This document shows positions 17,254-29,200 of a stretch of DNA of 62,614 nucleotides, in pieces. Source of the stretch: a virus (lineage: Duplodnaviria > Caudoviricetes). The translations under genes were made by a program, and so were the position numbers. The stretch lies in IMG/VR virus record IMGVR_UViG_3300009314_000010, positions 1-62,614 of that record, one strand, 5' to 3'. Numbering within the stretch: the first letter of the stretch is position 1; every line of letters begins with the position of its first letter. The notes beneath the pieces were generated by a model that saw nothing but the letters and a program-made list of their open reading frames with translations, was not told the DNA's origin and searched no databases.

Positions 17254-20200
17254 TTAGGTTTGTTCTATAAGCCCGGCTATCTTGCTTTCGATCTGCCGTA
17301 TTCTCTTCATTCTCGACGGGGTTTCACCCTGAGCCCTCAACCGGCCCGCGACCTTGCGGAGGTTTTCGATCCGCGCCTGGAGGCCCGTTTTGCGCCGGCG
17401 CTCCCTCTTGCTTGGCCGGAAGGCCCTGCGGAGACTCGCCTTGATTGTTTTTCTGGTGATCGGGGTCTGTTCTTTCTGGATCGCCCGCTCGTTGTATTCG
17501 TAAATGTCCGCCAGGATCTCCGCGTATCCCTCTGCGCTACCCCCGGAGACAATGTGCTTTCTTATCCGGTTGTAAATATCGCTGCGTCGCTCGGCGTATG
17601 TCCGCCGAAGTTTGGTTTCGTTCCAGCGGACCTCCTGGATGGTGGCGATCCGCGCCGGGTTCAAGGACAATGCCCGGTAAAATGTCTCCGGGATCGTCAG
17701 CTTGACCGGTTTCGGTCCGAAGAATACCGGCGCGTTTGTCCGCGTCGTAAGGCCCGCCGTTCGCTCCCTGTGCGCCCGGAGCGTGTTTCCGAATCCTGTG
17801 GGAAGGATTTTTTCAAACCCTTTTGAAACATCGCCCCTTGCAACCGACGGAATGCCCCTCAAAAATATGTCCGAAATAACGCTGCCCGGTGCCCCCAGAA
17901 TATCCTTTGGCGTCGTCGGGAGGTCTCCGATCCCGATAGACAGGGAGCCCTTGATGGAGAACCCGGCCGCGCCGGCCAGGCCGAACCGCGCAAGGCGCTC
18001 GGCACCAGGGCCGAAGCTCTGGCCGATCTTTTTATAGGCCCCTTCTTCCGGCTCGTCGACGCCCACGCCCTTCAATATCGCCGAAATTATCGGCGCAAGC
18101 ACGGTGGCCCCGCCGCCGGCCAGGATCGCGGGCGATGCCAGGAGGTAGGACAATGCCGCATAGTCTTTCTGTTCGAAGCCGAGCTTTTTCATGTTCATTA
18201 AATAGGTGTGGCTGAAAGTCCTGAACACGTAGAACATTCGCACGATCTGTGCCGCCGGGTTGGCCCCCAGGGCAAGATACGGATGGTTTCCTTTATTATA
18301 TATGCCGTGGGAGTCGTCGGAGGCCTGTTTGGCCATCTCGATCAGCTCGCCCCGGGACTTGCCTTTATTCGCTTTGAGATCCCGCAACCCCTGATATGTC
18401 GCTGCGATGGTGGCAACCCGGTTCAGGCGCTCTGATTCCGAGAACGTGAACATTCCAACTTCGAGAGCCTTGTCCCACCCCCGGCCGAGCCGGGACCTTA
18501 AAACGGACAGCGATTCAGAGTTGAATTGCGGGTGGTCCCACCCCTTTCCCTTGATCGTATCAAAAACCCACCGGTCGCCGGCGGACACTTTTCCGCCAAA
18601 TTTATACTTTCGGTATTTGTTTATGGCCGATGTTAAAAGCGCAGGCGTTTTTCTGAGCGGGATCCCAACACCCTTCATCGATGCCGGCACGGACGTGGCC
18701 AGGGCCGTGAGGTTGACAAGCGGCGCCGAAAAGACCCTGAAGGCCAGATATTTGGCCACCGCCAGGCCCTTGACCGTTCCGACAACCTCATCGGCGAATT
18801 CCCGGTTTCGGGTCGTCTCGGCGATATAGGCCTTGCCCCACTTAAAGGCATTGGGCTGTTCGCGCTGATCGATCATCATCTCTTTGACATGCGCCCGGTA
18901 GTCTTCATATTCCGCATCCGGGTTTTCTTCCTTGAAATCCTTCCAGGTCGTTTCGGTCCCGGTGAAAGCCCGCAGCATCTTTATGATCATCCGGCGCTTG
19001 GCATGTCCGCCGGCCAGGCTTTGGATGTATTTACCGATGGCGATCTGGGGGTCCTCCTCAAAGCCCTTGTAATATTCTGCAGCCCGGCGCGTCATGTGAA
19101 CCCGGCTTCCGCGTTCGCGGATCACGTTTGCGATCTGCTCGGCCAGGGCGGTTGCGAAGATGTCCTCGGTTGACTTTATGATCGACTCGATATCCTCTTT
19201 GCCGGCGGCGGACACGGCGGCCCCAACCCTGTCGAGCGCAGCGTTGACCAATTGTTGGGTTTTGATCAGCTCTCCGGAGAGCTCGAACACGTCCTCGCCG
19301 AGCTGTTTTGATTTTGAGGTCGTGACCTTGTAGCCCTGTTTTCTGTATTTGGCCCGGGCCACTTTCATTGCGGACTCAAGGTTGAATGTTTCAAGAATGC
19401 TGTCCTCGCCCTTTTTGGTCGCCGTGAGAACAATCTTTCCCCGGCGCCGGATCCTCGGAAAGTAAAACCCGCGCATATCGCCCATGATGGCCATGGCTTC
19501 CCGGAGGTTGACGTGGGCCGGCTTGCCGTCTTTCACGATCGGTATCTGCGTTTCGGGCGCTGCCTCCAGGAGGCGTTTCATGGCTTCGAACAGAAGGTCA
19601 AAGCCCTTGTTGGTGGACATCCTGAAGGCCATGATGGCGTCGACCTGCCCGGGATCGTATCCGCTTTTCCGCAGATCCTCGGCCTCAAACTGCAGGGCCT
19701 TTTCGACCGCCTCGGTCTCGGTGTTGAAAAAGTCCACCATTTTCTGGTCGGGACCGTAAACCTCAAATTTTTCTATCTCGGTGTTTTCCTTCACCCGGTA
19801 CCCGAGGTTGTTGCGGTCTCTTTCTATAAGGTAGTCCTGGACCTCTTTGAACGCGGACCTTCCGGACTTTCGCAGCGCGGCGAACGCGGTGCCGACGTTG
19901 CGGTCGTCGTGGTTTTCCAGGTGAAACACGTTTTCGTGGTAATCGTCCTGGCGCTCCTGGGTGGCGTTGAACATCGAGCGCACGGCGTGGATCTTGTCCT
20001 TGAAAAAAGACGGTATAGACGTAATCAGATCGCCGAAATAGGAAAGGTCTTGCTTGCCCTTGTGCGTGAGGCCCTCTCTTGAAAAAACCGCGTTTATAGC
20101 CTCCAAAACCGACAAGGAATCGCGCTCCAGGTTGTGGGCGCCCCTGACTCTTTTATCGTGGGCCGCTGCAGGCTCGCCGGGCTTGGCGAGTGCGGCAGCC

Positions 20201-23200
20201 TCGTCGGCGACCGATACTTTCAGTCCGCCGATGTTGCCCTGGCGCTCGACCTTCTTTTTGAGGATCTGAGCGGCCCGCTCGGCGGTCTCCTTGGTGAAGG
20301 GTATGGGGAGGTTGTGCTGTGAGAGCTTTTTGGTTTCAAATTGCGGCATCCCCTCATACATGGCCTTGTGGCGCATCTCGGGGGTTATGGGGAGGGTCCA
20401 GACTTCTTTTCCCGCAACCTCCGAATAGATCTGTTTTTCCTTATCCCCCCAAGGATAGCGAGGATCTTCCATTGACATATCGGGTATTTTCGTCTCCCCA
20501 ACCTTCGCCTTGCCCCACGCCTTCTTGTTGAAGAACTTATTCACGGCTGAAGGCAGGATCTTGTCGTAGAAGCCTTTCATGCCTTCGCCGCCGACTTTGA
20601 GGTCAAGGCCCTTTAGTACGGTTTTGGCTCCGGTTCTGTCTATGTGTCCAAGGGCTTTTTCTGAAGCCTCTTTGCCAATATAGTCGGATAATTTGTCTCG
20701 CTTTACCCGTAAGATATTCCCACCTTCGGGGATAACAATTTTACCATCTTTGATGGCCGAAAAAGCCACTTCGTTATCGGTCCTTGGCTCAACCACTATC
20801 GAATCGACATGCTTGCTCAAATCATACCGTTCTGCCTGTACCTCCCCCGGGGTCCACCCGATCGCGTCGAATCCATTTTCAGCGGCGTAGCGGACCATGC
20901 GCTTGATGGCGAGTAGGGGCCATGTCTTTTTGAAGGGTGCGTCGGGGACGCGATCCATCTGCGCCGCCTCGTCGTCTGGGCGAGTTCTCAGGTCAACAAG
21001 GTTGTTATATTCAACGCGCTCTTCAGGCGTTACAGCTCCGCTCTCAAATCTCGCCCAAAGCTCATCAAGGCGCTGGTTTTGTTCGTCGGTTAATCCTGCA
21101 AACTTATGCTTGCCTTTTTTATACCCCTTCTTCCTTCCCTCTTGGTGCCAATCGGATTGCAATTCTTCGATGAACAGCACCTTGCGGCCCTCGGCGTCCG
21201 TGCGTTCATTAAATCGAACATGGGCCAAGACGTTGGGTTCTTCCCAATGGGCGGAGGTGTAGGGTTGTTCAAATTTCGTCACAGGTGAATCCGGGCCGTA
21301 GACTTTCAATAGGTTCGGATTGGGTTTTTTGACTTCACGCTCCGGCAGCGTCAGCAACAATTCCCGGTAGTTCTCTCCGCCCGGGAGGGTGTGTTGGGAA
21401 AATTTGGTGCCTGTTTCGGGATCTGCAATGGATTCGCCAACATTTTCAAACGCTTCGGTTGCAGCTTCAAACGGGTCTTCGTATCTATGGGTTGTTTCTT
21501 CGCCCTCCGCATTGTAAACGGAATAGTCCCCGGGCGCATTTTCTCTTAGCTCGTATCCGGGAAGGCCTTCTTCAACCATCTGAAAAGAGCTTTTGTCGGG
21601 GGGTCGCCGACCACCCTTCTCAACCTCCTCAATCCGCACATTGTTCTCCCGCAAAAAGTCAAGAACATCCTTTTTGGCAACCTGGCCGCCCCTGGGAGAT
21701 TTAACGTCATATTCACCCTTGATAATGCCGAGGGGATCAAACTCTTTCTGGGAGCGTATGCTTTCAGCGGTTGCTTGCTGGTCGTGGATCTTCTGGAAAT
21801 CGGTTGTTTGCAGCCACTCGATCAACCCGGACCACTCCAGCTCCTCGGGTTTTATCAGGCCCTTCTTTGCCCAGGCCTGAATAGTATTGGCGTATCCCTT
21901 GCCGGTGCCTTTGTTTGGAAGTTTGGAAGATAAAAACCCCTCCATCTGCGAGTACCAGCGTTGGGCGGTCTTTTGAAATGCGGACCCCATCGCCGCCCCC
22001 GGCGTTGCCGTACGCTCAAAAACCTTCCCGGTTTCGTAGGATCTCAGCACCGATCGCGCCGTCGGTTTCAGCACGTTCAAAAGGCCGTCGAGAAAGTCGG
22101 CTATCTTCTGGATCACCCTTCCGAGGGTCGTGCCCCGGTGTTTTGCGCGTTCTGCCAGGGCGGATCCGACGAATTCGGCGATATCCTCCTGGGAGGGATC
22201 GTATCCCCTGTCTTTTCCGTACAAGCGCCTGTACGAGGCTTTCAGGACACCGTTGTCGGTCTTGTTGAGGTATTTGTCCGTAACAAAGTGGTTGACTTCA
22301 TGCCAGAGGGTTTGAATATCGGCAAAGTCCTTTTGAAGGACGATAACGCCATCGTGATATTTTCCGGCTGCAAATTCACCGTCCTCCAGCACGCGCCCAT
22401 ATCTGGTTTCAAAAGCAACCTCGTCGAAGTTGATTCGATCGACAAATCCTATCTGAAAACCTTCACCGCCCCGGATCCGGACCCAGACCGAGCCGTCATT
22501 GGAGAGACCGACATTTACGTTGCGGGCTTTAGAGAAGGCCTTTTGGATGTCCTGGAGGGTGAGACCGGCGGCGGCAACGGTTCTCTTGGTGGCGTACAGG
22601 GGATCGTTTGACTTCAGCGGCTCGAAGGCCTCTTTCGGCGGTTGTTTTCCTTCCAAAATATCCTGTCCGATTATCCTTCTGAGGGATCCGGCATCCGCGT
22701 GGGACATGCCCTGCTCCAGAAGATCCATTATCTGAAGGCCGCGCAGTTGCAAATTCTGGATGAGGCCGTCGATGAATTCGGCCCTGTTCTTGTATGCCAG
22801 GGGGCGGTTGAGGCTCGGCACATAAACCGTGGCGTTCAGGTGTTCGGCGGCGGCAACAACCTGGGCGGCCGCCTCTTTAATCTTCTCGCCTTTCGGCCAT
22901 GGCAGAAATCCAAGTTCGTGCAGTTTCGAGTCAAGGAAGATAAAACCTTCCTGGCCGCCGTATTTTTCTCTTATCAGCGCGTTTGCGAGCCCGGAGTTGT
23001 TTATGACCGGTCCCGGCTTCCCGGCGGTGAAAAGGCGCTCTTTCACGGCGAGCTTTTGCTTGCGGACTATCGGCTCGATCGGAACATCCACATCAAACTC
23101 ATAAGGAGGAACTCCGGACCACTTGGTTCCGCCGATAATAATCGCGCTAAAGTCGATACCTCTCAAGGAAAGGATGTCGCTGGCCACCCGGGTGATATCG

Positions 23201-26200
23201 TAATCGTCGTCGCTCGCCTCGGGCACCCCGGATGGATGCTGGTGGACAAACCAGACCTTGGACGCGCCCTCTGTGTTCAGGGCGTGACCGGCCATTTCTA
23301 TTGCATTGATTTTAGCGAGGCCCTTTTGGCCCTTTGAGTATTTGTGGATCTCAAGGATCGTGCCGTTTTCGTCGGTCGTGACGGTATAGGCGTACTCCTG
23401 GGCGTGTTTGCGGATGTGTGATAGGAGGGATGCTACTTCGTCGGGAGTTTTTGCCACAAGGCCCGAACCGCCGATGTGTCCGGTCGTACCCATTCGGGTC
23501 CGTCTTGTGGCGCCTTGTATTCTACTGGAGATGGGTACAGGTTTGAAGACGGGTTTTTTGCCCTTGGGAAATGGGCTAAACAACCCCTTTTGGATCTGGT
23601 TGTCCTGCTCGCCTGTGAAAAGATTGATCTGGGCCTGAGTGGGTTCAGCCTTGACCTTTTTCTTTTGCGGTAATTTTTTAGACTGTGGACCTTTTGGAAC
23701 ATCGAACAATTCCTTTTGGCCGGGTCCGGGCTGGCCGAATAAATCTAACGACTCCTCAACATTCAGCCAAGTGTCGATCTTGGCGAGGCCGCCGCGTCTG
23801 TACGTGCTTCTTTCTGCCTCTTTAAGATCTTCTTCAGCCCTTTTACTGCTTGTGCTTTCTGCTCCGGGGTCGCTGCCTTTCCGTATCGCAGATAAGAGTA
23901 CAGCCAGTTCCTCAAATAAGTCCTGTCTTGCTTCATCGTCTAAGCCCTCCGCTATCTCTTTAAGTTCGTCGACCTGGCCCGCGATCCCGGATTCTGTGAG
24001 GGGATCGTCGCCAAGCTGAGCGAGAACCTTGGCCGATACGCTTTTGTGGAAACAGCCGAGTCCGCCGTTTTCATCACACCGGGTGCAATTCCAATCGCCT
24101 ACCCTTTTGGCCCCGGTGTCTATCGGGCAAGAATGCTTTAGCGCCCAATCTGGCAGGGCGGCGAGCTCTTTTTTCTTAAGTAATCTTTTACCGATTTTGA
24201 GAGGAAGAATAACCCCGCCAAGAGACTTGTACCGGTCTTTTTGCGTCTCCAGGAAGGCCAAATCTTCCGAACCACTATATAGGAAAGCTATCGGAAGGTC
24301 AAGGTTTTCCTCGGCCACTTCAAGGTTACTTTTGTCGATCGATAAAAGGCGGAGGTTCGTATCCGATATCTGTCTCAGCAATTCCGGTTTTTTTGAAAAC
24401 ATCTGCACCCGGACGCCGAGACTGTTTAATCTGTTCACAAAGGGTATCCAAAGCGAGCTGCCATCGCCGGTGTCGAACATGCGCAGGGCCTTTTCCAGGT
24501 GGTATTCCAGTGTCGCCTTGTATTCCCCGGCAATTATTTCGGCCGTCTTCGCGGGATCGATGGAAAGGGCGATGTTGATCAGCTCGGGCTTTGCGTAGTT
24601 TGCGGGATAGCTGCGGCCCCTGGTGGCATAGCAATCCCCGGCGCAGAACGGGCTCGGGCGGCAATCCACAAACGATCCGTTGATGGGGTTTAACGGTTTT
24701 GAGGGGTGACCCAGGGCGCCGTGGGTATAAAGGCGCTGCCAGACGGCTTTTTCGCCATTCCTTAACAAGGACTCGCGCAGGACATTCATGGACGGGGCGT
24801 CCATGGGGGAGTCGAACTTCGGCTCCTTGCCGGCGATGAGCTCTTTTATGGCCTGGCTTGCGAGCAGGGACCGGATCGCCTCGCGCTCCCAGGGGGAGCC
24901 CGCCATCTTCTTGAGCCATTTTCTGATGCCGGCCGGATCTTCGCGTCCGCGGATCGATCGGTTGAGGGCGTTTCGTTGGGGTTTGTCGAGGGCGCTGATC
25001 CACCCGCCATACGGCGCGGTGGCCTCTTTTATTTCGTCGTAGGAGTCTTCGGAGTCTTCGAGGGTGTATCCGGGAGGAGCTCCGGTTTCCTCGGCCACTT
25101 CGCTTTCGGTTCGTCCACGTCGAGCGCGTTGGCCTTCTGCATAGCTTTCATAGCGAGCTTGTTTGTCAAAGATTTGGCGCTGAGAGGTTTCTTCCGTGCC
25201 ATAAAGGTCCTCCGCTTTTGCAAACGCTTTTTCTATTAGGGACGGGATATCTATATCAGAATGTTCCATCCCTGGCAAGGTTAAAGAGCTTGTCTCTTTA
25301 AAATAATTGACCAGGCCCCGGGCGATCTCCTTAAAAAACACGCCCTGCCTTTTTGCGCTCCGCCGGTATTGGTATATGACGAGCGCCAGGTTTTTTATTT
25401 CCTCCGGCACCTGTTCGAAAAGCCCTTGCTGCTGAAAGAAGTTCGGTACCGACGTCTTCAGGACCCGGGTTTTGCGGACGATCTTAACGGCCGCCGCAAT
25501 GTTCTCTATGACCGGGTAGCCGCCCAGATCCTCCCGTGCTCCGCGAGCCTGCACAAACTTCGGGGCGGCCACGGTCAGGGCGTTCAAGATATTTTTTATC
25601 TCTGTGTCCGCCTCTTCCGCCATCAGGGAGATGAGGCTGTCGTCCTCGTATGCCTTGTAGAAAAGCGCGGCCTGCACCCGGTCGATCAACTGCTTTGTGT
25701 GGCGCCCATCCTCGGTCAGATATCCGGCCGCCTCCGCCGGTCCCATTTTGTCGACAAAGCGGGTGATAAAGCCACGGTTCGAGGCCGCCGCAATGTTCCC
25801 CTCCTCAGACGGGCGGAATGTGGCCAGGTCGGCGTCGTCTATGTTGCGGGCGTCGGCCCGGGCCTGCTCGGTCGGGCTCATCCGTGCGACTTCGCTGCGG
25901 TTGGCGTCCTCGACGAACTTAGGGCGGTCGACCTCGGTGGTCCGCACCCGCACAAGTATGGGCTTTTCCATGGCGCTCACGGCGTCCTGGTTCAGCCCGA
26001 ATTCTTCCGCGTTCTCAACGACCCAATCGCGGTATGCGTCGTTTTCGCCACGATCGTAACGCCGGCGTATGGCGATCGTGCGGCCGTTTCCGGATTCGAC
26101 AAGGCTGTCATTCCCCACAATGGGGGCACCGTGAGAAGTGGTTTTGGACTCTCCCATTCTCTCCGGGTTCAGCGTCTTGTCTATCGTGACGACCTGGAGC

Positions 26201-29200
26201 TCCGCCCCCTTGCGGTCCCGGTCCCTGGGCTGAAGCTCTTTCGGGAATGCCGGGTTTTCCCTGAGATCGTTGTCGTTGGACGTTACCAGGGAGTCGATCT
26301 CGACGATCGCATAGGTAAATTCGATGGCCCTGTTGTCTGGCAGGTAGGTCGTTCCCTTTTTGCCTTCGGGCTTAATCATCACCCTTTTTATGTCGCCGAG
26401 CAATCTCCCCACCTGGCGCCCAAGGGTTTTGCCCTCCTCGGCAAACGTTATCATCTCCCCTTCAAATTCGGCCTTGCGCTTTTTGGGGAACTGTTTGCGG
26501 AATTCGGCGATCCGCTCTATCCGATCGCGGGCGGCCGCGGCCGGATCATCCGACATCACGGTTTCATATTTTACGCCCGCTTTATCGAGGGCGGTCTTTA
26601 TTTTGCCGATATCGATCCAGGCGAGTTTTTTATCCTTAAAGGCCTTGAGGCCTGTGAGCTCTTCGAATAAAATAATGCGTGTGGTTTCGTCCGAGTAGTG
26701 GATGGCGTTGGGGTGTACCGACGGACGCGCGTTGCGGATCCGGGCCTTTCTGCCGTCTTCGGATATCTCGAAAATGACCTGGAGGGTTTCCCCCTCTCTT
26801 CCCCGTTCGGTGTTCTGGGCGAGGAAACGGATCTCTCGCGGTTTTAAAACCTTCCTTGCAGAGGCAAATCCGACCTGGCTTTTAAGCCACTCGACCGCCT
26901 CGCGCTCGTATTCGACGGGGGCCTTGCCCTCTTTGCTGATCCCGGCCGCCTTGAGAATTGCATCGCGGACCGCGCCGGCACCGGATTTCGATTTCGGAGG
27001 CTTCGTTCCGGTCAGCTCCTCAAGGATATTCTGGCGAAAATCCTTCAAACTCGGACCGGTCGGATGAACCCTCATTTCCGGAGGGAATGAAAGCAGGGTT
27101 TTTATTGTGCGTTGGCTGAGGGGGCCTGGTGCCACCGCCGGTTCTGGCGATTCGGCCGGCGGGGCCGCCGTTTCGGGCGGTGTGCGATCGACTATTCCCT
27201 CGACCGAAAGGTTGTTTTGGCCCATTTCGACGGCATGGCGGTCGTTTTTGGCATCTTCCGCATACATATACCCGGGCAGCTCGATCGTGACCCCGAGGTT
27301 TTCGTCCCAGAGCGTGGCCGTGAAGGTGCCGTCCTTTTCGCGCTCGACGGCGCCGGAGTCCAGGTGAAGGTCCGGATTTTTGTGAAGGATCTTCTTGGTT
27401 TTGGCGTTGCCCTTGACGGTGATCTTCGTATCCCACTTGCCTGGGGGTCCCGGTTTGGAATCCGTTACTTTTGCGGAAAAGATTTTTGGTTTAGGTTTGG
27501 CTTTCTTTTCGAGAAGCCTTTTGGCCGCCTGCGTCGCCTCATTGTCCGGGTGCCCGGCCGCCGTCTTGGCCAGGCGCTCGTCCCTTGTGGGGGGTCTGAT
27601 TTCGCCGCTTTCGACTTTGGCCTTATACTCTTTGCGCAACCGTTCTCTTTTCTCGATCAGCGCATTATCTTTTTTGGCCTGGGCGTCGACGAGCTTTTTC
27701 TTCGCCTTTCCGGTTCCGATATTTTTGTGCAAGGCCGCTTCGCCAATGTCCTGGCGCCCGGCGCCGTGAAGAGCCAAATAGCCCTCTTCGTCGATTACTT
27801 GTACCTCCCCACCGGGTTCTCCGGGTTCTTCGCGTTGTAGATCCTTGCGGCTTTCTTTTTCGCGTTCTTTAGCAACCGCCTTCGGACGTCCTCCGGGACG
27901 CTCTGCTTTTTGTGCATCCGGCGCCACAGGTTGAGTTTTTCCTGGTAAAACCGATCGCGCATCGCTTCGTATTGTGCCGGCATTTTTTTCGGCCTCCTTT
28001 TTGGCCTCTTCGTAGGTGTCGAACTCGCCAAGCAAAACGTCGGGAATGGCGGAGGTTTCGTCGACAATCCCCTCGGTGTAGGCGAGATATTTTCCCTTCT
28101 CTTTCGATATGATCCCAACGCCGTCTTTCCACCAGAAATGGCCCCGCGCGGATTCGTGTTGCCCCGCCCATCCGTCCCTCGGGGAAGGCGCCAAGATATC
28201 GCCCCTCTTATGCAATTCGAGCTCAGCCCTGATCCTTTCATACTCATCTATGGCTTGTTGCTTGATGGGGTCTGAGCCAAGCTCATAATCAAATCCATAA
28301 ATATGCCTGGCCTTCTTCCGGACGCGCTCCTTGAGGTCCTCCGGCCATGCCTTCATGCTGTCCTGGTGTCTGGCCAGAAATACGCCGAACCCATCGGCAA
28401 ACAGCCAGTTGGGGTGCTTCCTTGGCTTTGAGTATCCGGCGAGAGACCGTTTTATTTCGTCGATGGACTCCGGTTCTTCTTTTGCGATCTCATCGGAATA
28501 GGCCTGTATTTTGCGGGTGCCGTCGCCGATCCACTCCTTAAACTCATCCATGGGAAGTTCGGTGATCGCACCGAGGCCCTTCCAGCCTTTTTCATAGTTG
28601 GCGAGATACCCGGCCCGGGCCGCCTCTTCGTTCTTGAACCCGATCAAGGTTTTGTGCTCGTCAAATGTATCGGTTCCCGGGACAACCTGGTCGACGATAA
28701 AGACCTTCTTGCTGCCGACGTGCGGACCGACAAAAACATCGATCTGTTCACCGTCCTTGCCCTCGGTGCGGTTAAAGTAACCGTAATGGTGCTTCATCTT
28801 GACAGACCACTTCTTGCCGCTCTCATCCGTTCCGGAGCGCTCCGCTCCGCGTGGGTTCTCGACGGCAATTTCCAATCCCTGAAATCGAATGTGACCCTTT
28901 TTATAATTGCCGGCTTCTTTTTGGGCCTGGGTCGGTTCGGGGAGATCGTTTTCCGGGGCGGTTGCGGCCTCTGCAGCATCGGCATCGATGGCGGCCCTTG
29001 CCTCCCTGGGGGCGAGCCCTGCCCGGCGCTCCATCTCGGCGTCTTCCTGCTCCCAATCGAGGTTGAGCTCATGTCTTAATTTTTTCCAGTATGCCGCACG
29101 ATCGGGCGAGGGTTCCTTTTTGGCGGGCGCCTTTTTGCCCTCGATCTCCGCTTCGATCGCTTCGACATCCTGTTTCGGAGGTTTGTACGGTGGCGTCAGT

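Noticed and set aside
25369-26670. 433-aa plus-strand ORF and similar antisense ORFs (e.g. 6795-7724, 46518-47348, 31309-32100)
   Set aside because: They are shadows of well-supported minus-strand genes and show no recognisable motifs.
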